Assembly (NCBI RefSeq): GCF_003918875.1
Contig: NW_025765714.1
Coordinates: forward strand, 1,302,001-1,366,000
Direction: 5' to 3'
Source: Haliotis rubra
Taxonomy: Eukaryota
Length of the DNA stretch: 64,000 bases
The notes under the pieces were generated by a model, which was not told the DNA's origin, searched no databases, and saw only the letters and a program-made list of their open reading frames with translations. Shown in pieces: positions 1 through 13,627 of the stretch. Made by a program: the position numbers and the translations under genes. Positions within the stretch are counted from its first letter, which is position 1. Each line of letters starts with the position of its first letter.

Positions 1-164
1 TTCTTAGTTTCCTTATCTTGTTCCCTTCTGAATAACACAGACTTCTTATTCGAGTCGTGCTGTCTATAATCCATTGTACAACTTGGTTCGGGCGCTTGCG
101 GTACCGGTGTAGCCATGACTTGATAGAAGCCAACTGTCTTTCTACTGAAGGGAAATCGACTCAT
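1..164 (-). CDS. Probable first coding exon of an unidentified gene, divergent from LRP11-like and running off the window edge
   Basis: Strong minus-strand acceptor (ttttctttctttttcag|) opens an exon at 233. ATG at 164 stays open to base 1 (MSRFPFSRKTVGFYQVMATPVPQAPEPSCTMDYRQHDSNKKSVLFRREQDKETK). Upstream donor CATG|gtaagt at 727. No homology recognised. Confidence 0.45.
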   Translation of the reverse strand, partial: MSRFPFSRKTVGFYQVMATPVPQAPEPSCTMDYRQHDSNKKSVLFRREQDKETK

Positions 165-1036
165 AGTGTTGCTTACGCGACTTGACTCGATTAATACGCC
201 TTATAATTCGCAACTGTCGCGACGCTCTTTCACCTGAAAAAGAAAGAAAAATTGTATCTAAAAATAATTGTGATGTTACTTTAAAATGATATCGATACAT
301 ACATATAGAATATGTTTATATAGGTAGAACTATTTTAATTAGTTGTCATACTAGTTTCCTCGAAACATATTTTGAATGCCTATCTTTAAAAAACTTGAGA
401 TGTACGTTGATATACAGGGAATGTATTGAAGAACAGCAAATTATAAAATACAAAAGATCGAAATATAATATATTGTTTTAGACCAACATTTGGGTAAAGA
501 ATTACTTTTCGAAGATCATAAAATAACATTTGAAACATGAAATTGTTAACGTCACATACTGATTCGTGTTGATATTACAGAATTACAATTATGGATAATT
601 CTGGATCCGCCTTTGCACTTTGAATGTAGTCATGCAGTCTATTTTCAAAAAACACTGATATTCACAACCAGTTGAAGTATACCTGACTCAATAACACATA
701 GATAAGATAACCATACAGCAACTTACCATGTTTTAGTAAGTCTTTCTTCAAATATATATTTAAAAACAAACAAACAAGTACAGTAGAATATATTGTTTTG
801 TTGGTTTCAACATTCATGTTAATCTAAATAAGAATTGTCGGATTATTGTAAGTTACTAAAACAAACTTGTGCGTGCTCTTTTCAGCTTAAAACTTTAGGT
901 TGGGAACGAAGGTGATCCACGTTTTACAAGTTTTGATAGCTTCTGTAACACGGACGACTGAAGGCTTGTATCCTCGCACTAAGAAATGTAATAGCCCGTT
1001 TGGGGAATAGTATAATGTAACAATTCCCGGTGTCAA

Positions 1037-1046
1037 TGCGCATGCG
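1037..1046. promoter_or_regulatory. NRF1/EWG-type motif in a putative bidirectional promoter
   Basis: TGCGCATGCG about 75 bp upstream of the LRP11-like ATG, between two divergent gene starts. Confidence 0.4.
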
Positions 1047-1120
1047 TCTAGTAAGAAGCCATGTTTTGATGTTTATTTGTGTGTAAAATATTGTGATAAT
1101 AATTCAACCAGACTGCGAAA

Positions 1121-1531
1121 ATGAGGATAATTGCAGCCTTATTTTTTATTCTGGTGCCTTCGATGGCAGCTAAAGAATATCCCGATGATATTTCTCAACT
1201 TCTGAAAGACCCACAGCTTATATATGACCTTGTAAAGCGGCTCGGAAGTGATGTCGATTTATCTTCATCCCCTCAGAAAAAATCTTATTCGGATAAACAT
1301 TCCGATTCGACAGTACATGAAGATACTGATATCAATCGGGATCTCGTTAATAATGAAAACAAGCCGTCGTGCAACACTCGTAAACCTGAAAGGAAGATAA
1401 TAAGGACCGAAGATTCTAGAAAAGCCGGTGCTATATTTCTCGCTTCGTTCGAAAATATTGCCACAAACGAAGAATGTGTATCAAAATGTTGTTCTTCGAA
1501 AGGTTGTGACCTCGCTGTTTATGAAAACAAA
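1121..1531 (+). CDS. LRP11: LRP11-like exon 1: signal peptide and N-half of MANSC domain
   Basis: MRIIAALFFILVPSMAA signal peptide. IIRTEDSRKAGAIFL...ECVSKCCSSKGCDLAVYE matches the MANSC pattern. Donor AAA|gtaagt at 1531/1532, phase 0. Confidence 0.9.
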
Positions 1532-3101
1532 GTAAGTACTTGATCTGATAGATTACAGAAGTAACCACGAAATGTGTTCCTAGCGGAATTTATGGTGTTT
1601 GACAGCGCTATATAATGTTACTGATGCAAATGGGAAATATTCCCGGATATGATACAATCTATCGGTTATTTGTTACACCCTGAACTTTGGAAAGAGGTAG
1701 ATATTCATTACTATCACTATCAGTTGTATAGTGTCATTTACATCACTGATCAATACCAGAAGAATAATTCATGAAACGTTCGTTTTTAATGTAGCTTCAA
1801 CAAATGTACCATTAGCTGTCAAATATTACAAGGAAAACACAAACACAAAACTTTGTGAAACATATATCCCAAATTGGATAACATTTGTAACCTATGCTGG
1901 TTCTAAATATACTGTTGATTATAATATGCTATGGTAACAGCTTGTTTATATAAGGATGAGGAAAATATAATGATTCAGATCATTAGAATATAATGAGATT
2001 ATCATGATAATTATATTGTCAACAGCTGTTTAAGAGAGACTCATATTTTTAAATTAGAAGTAAGATACTAGTAATCTGTCTCAGAATAATGTGAGCCACA
2101 TTGTATTTAGATACACTCTGCAAACCATAACATTTTCAGCTTAATAAAACAGGTCAGTGTTTCTTTAATGTTATCATCTACAGACTGGATGAAATGGCGT
2201 CTACTCACCAGAAGGTCCTATAAGAAACACCTACTGTATCTCATGAAGTTCCACCAGTTCAGTGTTGAGTGGCCCCTTGAATCAACTTATCTTGTTATCA
2301 GTGTATTGTCTTTCAAAGTCCAGCTAGCCATGCTTCAGTGATTATGTATTGCCAGAAAGGTTTGTTTGGGCAGTGTAAATTGCCCTCCCCTCTCATTAGC
2401 AGTGTGTCATTCACTGAGCTCAGTGCGAGGGCACAATAAAGTGAGCCATATACACAACAAGGGCAAGAGAAATGCCTCAGGCTATCAGGCAGCTCAAATA
2501 CACCTATATGAATTTTCATGGTCACGCACACCTTATGGATTCTAATGGAAAGACATAACATGATTTGTGCTGGTCTTAGGACAGGCGTGCTTTTACCATG
2601 ATCGACTAAACTAAGGGCAAGGGTCCTCATAGAAAATATATGTCCTCTTATGTTCAGAAATAGTATACCATACGGTACAATAAGATTTGATAATTACTTT
2701 AATTACAGGAGCTTTATATTTCTTATCAAACAAATTGGTACAATCAATATTAGGTGCATCCATCAGGATGCAATGTATCTATTTTTCAGCATCCATTCTT
2801 TACATCTGTACAAACTGGATACACATTTCAGCATTGAATAAAACACTGTTAATTCAGGTGGCAAAACAAGAATACTTTCTTGAACACTTTAATCAGTGGT
2901 TATGAGCATGATGACCACCAGCATTGTTACCTGAGCTGCACAGGTTCACTTGTGTGTTCTGTGTAGCCAAAACGTTTTCTGAGTGAATACTAATCAGCAG
3001 TTATGAGTGCAACTAGCATCAAAAGTTCTGTTCATAAAACTGTCTCTCCACTAACATGTCTGTGCTTGTGATAAGTGTCTGACGTCTGCAGCACTACAAT
3101 T

Positions 3102-4884
3102 ACAGTACAACCAGAAATTATTGAGAATTTAAAGATTGTAATTTTTTAATTTTTTTCACTCATTACTCACGTATTAATGTGAATATTAGCAGAACATAAC
3201 TCCAGATTCAAAGACAGGTGAACAGTTAGTATTTTGTCAAGTCACCATGGGCTGCAATGCAGGCTTCAATGCGGTGGGGCATACTACTGATCAAAGAAGT
3301 TAGAAAGTCGTGGTCCATGCTGTCCCAATATCGGACCACCTCTTCTTTCATTTCAGCAATATTTGTCAGATTTTACTTATTGACACTTTCCTTCATAAGT
3401 CCCCAAACATTTTCTATTGGATTAAGGTCAGGGCTATAGCTTGGCCAATCTAATAATGTCATATTTTCGGTCCGAAACCAGGCCTGTGAATACTTTGAAC
3501 AATATTTTGGGTCGTTGTCCTGCTTGAAAATCCAAAAGTTTCCATAGAACACGTGAGCAGATGGAAGTAAATGTCCCTCGAGAATATCTGTGTACCGCTC
3601 ACTGTTCATATTCCCTTCAAATACACAGAGGGGCGTTGCCCCTAACACAGATATGCCACCCCACACATTAAATTTCGGACTGTACTTTGGGTGCTGATAC
3701 AAAGGTTTTTCAGTTTGTTTGGTCCAAAATTTCAGTGTATTAGGGAACAGCCACACAGAACATTCATCTGAGGAAATCACATTGTCCCAGTTAAAATTTC
3801 TATGCTGTAAGCACCAGTTCAATCTTCGTTCCTTTTGTTCAGGTTTCATGATCGGTGATGGAATTCCTTGACTTTCTGCCAACCCATTGCATGCAGCTCA
3901 GTTCTAATTGTCTCCTTACAGACAGCCACAGTTCCTCTATCAATCATATCCAGCCTTAAGTTTTCTAAACTCCTTCGTTTGTTTTTAGAAACAAGAATAC
4001 CAAGCTGCCTCCTGTCACCGACAGTCAATTTTCTGGGCCTACCTGCGCCTCCCTGGTGCTCAATGCCATATCCATTTGCAATATTTTTCAAAACACGATA
4101 AACAGTGCAGAAAGGGATGCCTGTTATACTTGAAATCACTTTAGTTGATCTGATGTCCTTGTTATAATACTCTAAAATCAACTTCCTCTTCTCTAAATCA
4201 TCCATACTGAGGATCACTGAAAATGTCGTCTGCAAGCAAGTAAACAAAGGGGATAACTCTTCACAAACTAATGATAAAGGATTAACGGAGTTGTCTCTCT
4301 TGAATGAAACCAAGCACTTGATAGCTGGTCAAGGTTGTTTATTCTAGAAATCCAATTAAACATATTCCTAAAATTCTCCCGGTAAAAAAGTCCCCTTTTC
4401 ATTTTCTAACAGATATGTATTAGAAAAACAATGCTTTTTTATTTATTCTTTATTCATCGTCATGCATACAACAAATGTAAAGGTCCTATGACATATTGAA
4501 ATGTTGATATAAAGATCATATGAAATGACTACAGTTAACATTAGTTATGAGTTACATAATGAATCATATGATCACACGAGATAGTCTAGGCCTACTGGTA
4601 TCTATGAAGTCAAATGTTAACTGCCACAGTCGTCTGTTCCTTCTGGCACCATTTGATGGTCTTCCAGACAGTGTTTGGTGTACATGTGACCATCTAAGAC
4701 CAGTTTCAAACCACCTTTGTTGGTCAGAGTGACCTCCATCATGGAATGGAATTGGTACTACATGTTTTACCAGGGTACATATTTATACCCAATATGAACA
4801 GATGCCAGTCCACGTAATTAATCTTCTTAATTAATATTCATATTAACAAGAATTAAGATTCTTCAGTATTTTTACTGGTAACTA
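3102..4884 (-). mobile_element. Tc1-family DNA transposon, inactive
   Basis: TA-CAGTacaaccagaaattattgagaat terminus at about 3101-3128, with a degenerate complementary end near 4857-4884 (uncertain). Contains a transposase pseudogene. Confidence 0.75.
3226..4205 (-). pseudogene. Tc1 DD34E transposase pseudogene
   Basis: MDDLEKR... HTH region with GRPRK linker; SDE, QDN and WPSYSPDLNPIE motifs with 34 residues between the second D and E. Frameshift near 3860-3880. In-frame TAA at 3373-3375, after which the Tc1 tail (SMPHRIEACIAAHGDLTKY*) continues. Confidence 0.92.
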
Positions 4885-5297
4885 GTTCTGGGTGAGATGC
4901 AATCAATTAAAATCACACTATAATCGGTGATCAGTAAACACTGACACACTGGATATTTAATCCGTGAGCAAATCATGTATTTTTGGATGTCGTTTAAAAG
5001 ATGAAACATTAATTTAAAAATTTGATCTGTCATTCTGTGTGATTTCTTCATTTTATTTTTTAGATCTTTGATGTCAGTCTTGTCAAATAAATAACTAAAT
5101 CAGTAAAAAGGACTTTTTCACCAGTACTTTTTTTTTACCAAGGACTTTTTACTGAGGACTTTTTTTCCTATGATCGTTTATTCAGGCATTATATTTTTAA
5201 AACATTCTGTGCCTAAACCTGCCTGTATTTCGCTCCTTATAAGTAGGTTTTACTGTAATCATATGGCATTTATTGGCTGATCTCACTAGATTGAACT

Positions 5298-5456
5298 GGG
5301 CAGTGAGGTAGCCTGTTGGTTATAGTGTTTGCCCCTCATGCCTAAGACCTGGGTTCGATTTCCCTCATGTTTACAGTGTGTGAAGTCCATTGATGGTTTC
5401 CCTCGCCATGATATTGCTGGAATATTGCTAAAAGATGCATAAAACCATACTCACTC
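5298..5456 (+). mobile_element. tRNA-derived SINE family A, diverged copy
   Basis: A-box/B-box head (gggttcgatttccc), body tgtgtgaag.ccatt, tail gatattgctggaatattgctaaaa...actcactc. Confidence 0.8.
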
Positions 5457-5883
5457 TCTAGACTGTAAAGACGTTTACTGGACTTCAGCATATGTCTAAT
5501 GGCTGCTGTCATAGACTGTAATAGCTAATATATCCTCAAGCAGAATCATTACAGCCAGGGCATTATACTGGGATTAGCTTGTCAACAAATTTATAATGTA
5601 GGAAGTTAATTTCTCTGACAGACACTGAAATCAAAATATCTAAAATATTCCAAACAAGTTTAGTCCATTTTGGCAAGTCGAAATTTCTTTGTTTTTTTAA
5701 AAGGAAACCTATTCCCTGGGGTCAGTACTAATATACACTGTATGTCATTATACATGTATTGAGAAACATGTTTATGTCAAACATATTTTCATTTCAGCAA
5801 CTTAATCTATCTCTGTCTGTTATATATTTTACTGGTGTGAGATACATAATGTACTTTTATCAAACAAGAACCTTGTATTTCAG

Positions 5884-6157
5884 ACAAAACACAACTGCTA
5901 CCTGTTTACATGTCGAGATGCAGTGTCAGGCGAGAACAAGTGCAAATTTGAAACCCATGCCGACTATGTCTCCACAAGAATGTCCAGCTCTGTGGAGGAC
6001 AACCATAAGTTGGTGGACACAGAGGACACTGGTCATCATGTTGAGCCAGACCCAGACTCTTTGGCTGATAGGCAGCAGGAAAAAGTGACGGAAGTACCAA
6101 AATCCCCCCACACCAAGGTGAAATCAACTCCTAGACCCACACAACTGCCACACTCAG
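5884..6157 (+). CDS. LRP11: LRP11-like exon 2: C-half of MANSC domain and linker
   Basis: Acceptor tatttcag|; reads TKHNCYLFTCRDAVSGENKCKFETHADY (MANSC CYLFxC...CxF..H..Y); donor CAG|gtagg, phase 1. Confidence 0.9.
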
Positions 6158-9100
6158 GTAGGGCTTTCAAGCTTTCATTTGTGGATGATATCAATCTAAA
6201 TATTTCTTCATGATATGCATGGAATGTTAAATGTGTCAGTTACATGACTATTCTTTCAGTCTGATTTTGATTTTTCAGGTTTTGACTACAGCATGCTGAA
6301 GTTGGTAATCTTATAGGAAGGATGTGGGTCACCTCTTTATTCTTAAACATGTATTCTCTGATTTTGAGAAGTTTCATATTTTGTTAAGGATTTTGCTTGT
6401 GGGACAAACCTTTATATTCAAACTAGCAAAGCCATGTCACTATTTCTTCTCAAAGGGTAATACTTAGTCATCAGTGGTATGCATGGCAGTCAAATGTTAA
6501 AAATCAACAACTTATGTGTCAGGCACTGGATCAATATGTGAATGAACAGTCTACAAAATGATTGAACCTTTCGGTATGGTTTAAATATGTTTAGTGACAT
6601 AAATTACATTATAAATATCAATATGGTGTTTGAAATGGTGATGTGGAGATCTGGTGGTATTGGAAGATGTCACTCTCTATGACAGACTACTCTCTATTAT
6701 ATGAGGTATTTTCAGCTGTTATAGTTATAGCAATGTCATGGAGTAGACCTACCTGATACGCACTGGCATTGTATGAGTATGACACACTGAAGTGAAACCC
6801 CTCGATGCTAAACTGATTGCTGTTATCAGATGATACATCCACCTGACTAACCCACTATGACTTAAATGCTATTTGAGTGTTTGTGCATTAAGGTGTTTGA
6901 AACTGACATACATAGCCAGTCATCAGTGGAGACAGATTCACATAGCCCTAACTCAGTTTGCTCGACACTCAGTGTAGATAACTAACCAGCTGTGGAAAAA
7001 CTGCTCCAGTGAACACATGCAAACCAACTTCTCTAATATATTATTTTGTGATCTGTTTATTTTTGCTATGTACGCCTTAGTTTAGTGTATGAACTTTCAG
7101 GGATCAAAGATCTCTTTCTCCAACCTTACTTGACATACCAGGAATACCTTAATAGGGGATTGTCAACAGTTTGCACATATTGAAGACCATACTATCACTA
7201 TCAAATGGACAGATGATTGTCAGTTTGTCTTGTCATGTTTGATACAGTTTGTACTCTTTTGTTCTTGGTCATCATTCATATTGAGTAATAAGTATTTTGA
7301 TATTATGTTTAATGTATTGTGTTCAAGTTATTTAAAGTGAGTGTTAATCTTCTATTTGTTATGATAATTAGTTTTAGTCACCACATTGAGACCTAATGCT
7401 TACATCTTACATAACATATGATACTTCAGACAAGTAGTCACTGGTATGTCGTTGTATTCCACTACCAAACACACTGTTATCAATAATGTCATATTTATCC
7501 GTATAGACATCAGCTTTTGTGGCTTCCTGTGACCTTCCAGGGGGAGAAGTTTCTTGATCACAAAGTAAATACCATCTTGACTTTACCTGCCCCTCCTACA
7601 TGAACAAATCACACATATCCTACCTGTATGCCAAACAAAACCTAGACTGTTGACACCTCATGAGTAGTGAGGTCTGATACAGCTACGTGGAAGTGAAAGG
7701 TGGGCTGGCTCACCTGTCACACGGTCAAAACCAGATAAACACAATCATCCACCATCTGATCACCTTGTCCTACCACATGGCCCAAATCCAACCAGTAGAT
7801 CTAATAATTGTTGATTGTGCTTTGTTGTGTAACTACAGCCCTTTCTGGTGTTTAGCAGACTTACCTTCACACAAGAGGGAATGCGAGTAGAGCCTCTAGC
7901 AACACCCTAGGCCTGTACAACCCATATCGTGTCCAACGCTTTGCAGATATATGATCACCTCTGACAAGATGTAATAGTAGCCCTCCCTACTCTACCCACT
8001 GAGTTGTTTGAAGTTTTGCCAGCAGATGCTTTGTTATCTAGCTTGACCTAGGGCCAGGCTGGCTCTCTCCACCAGTTGAAATATACCTGATATCCAAACA
8101 CTATAACACAGCCGATGTGATTGTCAAATATTGGACCTTTACTGTACCTTTATAGCTGTCGTGGAATGAATTCTGATTGAAAGACAGAGAATTGTGAACA
8201 CGTTTAGGACAAAGAGCTGGAACACGGGTCCTCCTTAACACAATTCCAAGATGCCTGTATGTAGCAGTGTCATGCATGAGAGATGATGATATGAACTGAA
8301 TTACCAAGCAGGAAGTTTTGTGACTGGGCACATTTATTAGGTAGGGTGATGTCATTGTCATGTGATTTAGAAGTTAAGTTAGATTGTGGCAGTGTGGTTC
8401 AGGATTAGGGAATAATTGTCGGTGGCTATGCTTGTCTTGAAATGTGCCTCTGAGTAATTAGTCCTACTTCAAAAGTCCCCTATATTTTGTGTAACATGCT
8501 ATATCACGAATAGAAGATGGGTACAGAAATGACCCTTCTGACGCTTTGAGGCAAGACAACTTACTTACCCTGTGTTCAGGAATAGGATTAGAGACAGGTT
8601 GCTGATGTAATAATCATAGACTCACACAAGAAGAAATGCTTTTCAGCTCAAGTATGTATATTTATTACAAACTATCAAATACCAAAACTGAAAGAAGGAA
8701 GGACATTGCATATTTTTCATAAAACACGAAACCAAATGAGGGAAATACTGAATATGAAAGTAGTGATCAGACATATGATATTTTTACAGGCATGTTGGAT
8801 AAAAACTGGGCGAACAGTTGATATAGCCTCTTTAATCTGATTTTTTTTATCGAAGCATTATATAACTAGAAATTCAATAGTATTTTGTTCATGTATTTTT
8901 GCATGTTGAGCCTCGTTCTATTTGATAATCATGGTAATTTTCATATCAAATATTCAAAGTGGTGATAATTTGAACAATATGTCTTTTATGTATTCAATCT
9001 ATGCAAAACTCATGATTCAGTTGGTGAATGTGAACAATAATTTCATTAAATTTCATAAGGGTTAAGTTGACCTCGATTCGGGTTGGGGTTGTCTCCTCAG

Positions 9101-12100
9101 TGCACCCTTCGATGAAAGTTAGGTAGGCATGGATGTTTAATGTGTTTATATAATTGTAATGTTGATTGAACAAAGAGAGTAGTGGAAGAAGGAAACGGTG
9201 ACATATGATTTCAGATATGTTAGTTGTAGCTGCTACTGTTTGTTTCCAAACACACCTGCCAGAGATTTAACCTGAGGTTATTTGGGAAGTTAGCAGCAGT
9301 GAGTTCTTTATTTGGTGTCAAAGCATGGATTTATTTCCAAATTGGTAAATCACATTGGGCTTCCTTAGGCCTTTGAAAAATCTACAGATCCAATATTCCC
9401 TTGACCTGTTGAAATATGTGACTATAACAAAAGGTGTCAGGTTGGTGAGATTTGTGGAGTGTTTGTTCAGAGATGCTACAATCCCTGGCATAATGCATGT
9501 GTCTCTTCCATGTTTAGGTTAAGCATCTTGACAAGTCCATGTTGTTGTCCACCTCTCTGATGTTCCATCCAGTGATTTGTGGAGGCGCTAATCTCCATTT
9601 GATTGTCAGCACAACACTGCTTATTACTTGGCAAGCAACTTGTGCATAATCCATGTTAAGCTGCCTTCATAATTTCAAATGCTGAACTGGGACAGTAACC
9701 CTGATTTACTCAGCTTCAGCCTATAACGGCTTACTGAACACTACTTCACAAAGATTAGGAGAAAACTTGGATAGAAGACTCAAGTCTGTCATTTTCCTTT
9801 CAAGAGATATTTTAAAACTAATATTGTAAACATTGTGAAAGAGCCCCAAAACATGTTGGCCCCGCCATTGGCTATATTGGGTCTTTGTGTACTGGACAAC
9901 AAGAACTTTGTAGAGGTCTTGTTTTGTTCAATGTGTCTTGGATTGTATTAAAATCACCGATACAGTCAATTATTGAATGAAATATCTTGAATCTAAATCT
10001 AAGGGACCACAAAACAATGTATTGTGAGCGTATACAGTTTATGACAGATGGTAAGACAATGTTGGCAGATAGGAATGTAAGTGTTAGATTAACTTTGAAA
10101 TAACAAGACTCATCTTCCTTGATCAAGCAATATTCACTAATTGTCTCGCATGGCTGAGATTGCAACTACATATTATTATGTTTTACTTCACACCTTTCAA
10201 ACATGTCGTCCAAGACCAAAATTTTATCACTGTTATCTATCAAAGAACTATGGAAGTGACATGCTATGACATGTTAGAATGCCAAAGAAACTTCTGTTTG
10301 TATCTCATTTAATTCAAATTTAAAACCTCTTTGATTACACTAATGCCACACTACCGTACTGGCCAAGGGGTAGGTATAGTCTTCCTGTTGTATGAGAGGA
10401 ACAGAAGGACACTCATGTACTGTAGTGTGGAGTTGACATCAAGTATCACCAGCTTGTAGGAATGTTCGTTAGGGTTGATATTTGTCTTGACAAGACATAA
10501 ACTTGGGTGTAAAGTTAATGTCCTTTTGTGATGCCACAGAGCTGTATTTCTGTGTGATGACTTGATTACTGACTCTTTACTGGACACAATCTTGATGTCA
10601 TCTTATAACTATTAGTTGGTCGTTTCAGTTTACTGTAATCATTTCCTGCAGTGAGAGTGTGAAGAGTATCAATTTCCTTGGCCAAGTGCCAGTGATACAT
10701 ACTATAGTCCCTATCACTTATCCTGTAATGACAAGAAAGCTGAAAGTATTAATAGACTTGTCAGTCATCTCACGTCATAGGTAAGTTGATTACCTGTTAG
10801 TCTACTCCCATTAGGCATGATGGGGGATTATACTGTCATACAAGTCAGATAGTCCAGCCAACACTGTCATAGATCGGAGACCGGTATATTGACACAGGAT
10901 AGTGGAGAGATGAAATTAATACAATAAACAGGACAATATTGTTGGTTTAGCAGCCTTGTGAACATATTTGTGTATTGATCTCATGTGCTTGAGAAACTAG
11001 AACTTTAAGCTAAATGCTACCTAGGTATTTAACTATACTGCCCAAATATAAATAGTGGTAAAATTTTGACATGATTTTATATGAGAAGTGACTGTTCTAA
11101 TCTACATCCTGTTTTAAAAAATTCAGATTTTTCCTTATCCTGACTCATGCTCTTTTGCTTGTCTCCTTCTTCTTGCGAATGATAGTGGAACACTTGAATC
11201 CCCTTTTGAAGCCCTCTTCAAAAAAGCAGACGTAAAATCACTCACCCCGGGAGTAGCCTCCCTTTGCTCTTTGGCGCCCTTATTGGTCACCTGACCAGCC
11301 ATGCTTGTTACTAGCTCCTTCATCGCCCTAGAGGACGGTTGTGAGAGCGCCTGGATCCCCTATACGGCACTATATCCTTTTAATTTTAGGCCTTTTCCAC
11401 TAATTTTAGGAGATATACCAGCAATATGGTTGGGATTTTTTCTTTGTTGTCTGATTTATCTGTTTATTCACGTTGTTGACGTGATATTTCATCTTGTTTA
11501 CAATTGATGAAAAACTTCGTTGCAGGTACCGGTTGTCTGCTGCTGATCCTCATCTATTATGTCCTAATTGCACTTCTACATGTTCTTCCAGCTTTCGCTG
11601 CCAACTTTGTCAGCATTTATCGGAAATTGAATTTAATAATTATTTATATTCCATTTCTTAGACGTGCTAAGGACAGGTCTAGACGGCATTTACAAGTCAT
11701 GTCTAACCGAGTGAATGCGCTGATAACCGTTTATTGCTGGCTGCTGAGATTCACCATTCCAGTGAATTGCCGGTTGCTACTATGGAGCATGTTGCTGTGG
11801 CAGAGGGGGAGCTCCGGCTCCAGGAAGAGATCGTCAACGTCAGAAGTAGCCTCGTCACAGTCTTTGAAGACCAGGGCATTGTCTTCAAAGAGAAGAAGCC
11901 GTCTGCAGATGAGACTTCGGCGAAGTCTTCCCATGGGGCAGCGCAGAAGACGAGGTCCTTCTCTGCAGAGATCATCCCTCCAGGCGAAGTAGACGTGTAT
12001 GACGAGCCACTCATCCTCATTCCTGAAGTAGCAGTTAAGAAGAAAACGAGATCCTCTACTACAGTGACGTCAGCAGTCATCTCAGCGCAGTCAGATGATC

Positions 12101-13090
12101 TATCAACGCAGACATCAGGTACCAGAGACGGCAGTTCTTCACAAGTGCAGCAGTCCTTGGAAGAAGCCTCATCACTCTCAGATGCGTCGTCATCTGCAGC
12201 AGCAGCAGCCGTCGTCGCAGAACTTCAACCTGGGTATCTTCATGCAGCAGTTTACTCAGCAGATGTTGGAGCTGATGGAGCGATGGTTCGCATAGGAGAA
12301 GGCTGCGGCGAAGGCCCCATCTACAACGAGCCTGCACGAAGGACAAGCAGTCGGCACAAAGACGAAGGCCTGCGTGAAGGATGAAGTCTGTGTGAAGGCT
12401 GCTACGACCTCATCTACGATGATGAGCCTGCACGAAGGACCAGCAGTCTTCACCACGCATCCCAACGAAGATGGAAGCCTGCGTGAAGGAGGAAGTCTGC
12501 GTGAAGGCTGATACGATGACGAATCTGCACGAAGGATCAGCAGTCTTCACATCGCATTTCCAAACGAAGATGGAAGCCTGCATGAAGGAGGAAGCCTGCG
12601 TGAAGGTTCACACTTGACTGCAACCTCGACAACGATGATGCAGCCCTAGACATGCCGGAAGGACCTTCCAAGGAGCCTTCGCACAGGAGCAGGACTAGAC
12701 GTTCTTCGGAGTAGCGCAGAAGTCGGTCACATGGATCATCTTCACCCTCAGACGCGGATCTTCGTGGTGAGCCTGCGTGCAGGCACTCCTCTTCACGGAG
12801 AAGAGAATCCACACCCTTCACGAAGGCAGAGGGATACGTCTCAAGATTCAAGGGAAGATTCATATTCCAACCGTTCACCTGCGCGCAGGTCTTCAGACAG
12901 GCAGGGACTCACGTCGTCGTGGATCAGAAGCACTCGTACAAGATATCTAACGATGATTTGATACGTTCACCTTTCACCTATCGACCTGAGTGATAGCTCA
13001 AGTACCGGAGAATCTCAGCGCAGCCTTGGTAAGGCTACGAAGTTCCAGAGTCAACATGTCCCGACGTTCAACACCAGGAAATTCCTACTA

Positions 13091-13627
13091 TAGTTTGGCA
13101 TGAAAGCTTATTCAGATGATACTAAACGTTTAAGTAGAAATGTGTTGAATTTTTTTTAAAAAGAGAGCAAACGTAGCAAATCCGATTTATAAGGTGTCGG
13201 GTTACATGAAACGTACGTTTGCTATTGGCATGAAAAAGAACATCGTGCTAAAAATCGTGAAAAATAAACCAACAACCAATAAACAAAACCTTGTACAAAA
13301 AGGTAGGCATCCAAAGTTAGATCCTTTTGACATCAGGGTCATCAGCATAGCTGACCTACATTGACGAACGTTGACCTTTATGACCCAACACTGCCGCTGT
13401 TACAGGTCATTGGCTCCCTCCCTCTGCAAGCCCTCTCCGTTCTGCTGTTTATTTTGTTGACAGTTACATAGACAGATTCTTTAATACAAATGCATAAAAT
13501 CGGTGATTTACAATGTGATTAGGTTGTCTGACAAAACATCCACTTGCACAGTTTGAGATCGATTGGGTCATTGGATGAAGAGATATTTACAAAAAAAACG
13601 GGTCCACATGCATTTCATGCCAAACTA
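13091..13627. mobile_element. MITE nested in the DIRS element
   Basis: TIRs tagtttggcatgaaa / tttcatgccaaacta flanked by TA on both sides; AT-rich interior contrasts with the host element. Confidence 0.8.

Noticed and set aside
4380-5170. aaaaagtcc / ggacttttt inverted motif clusters as a separate transposon
   Set aside because: Termini and TSD could not be defined, and the span conflicts with the tentative Tc1 end.
11504-12961. Host genes in the 162-216-aa ORFs
   Set aside because: They lie inside the DIRS element and are broken gag-like remnants.
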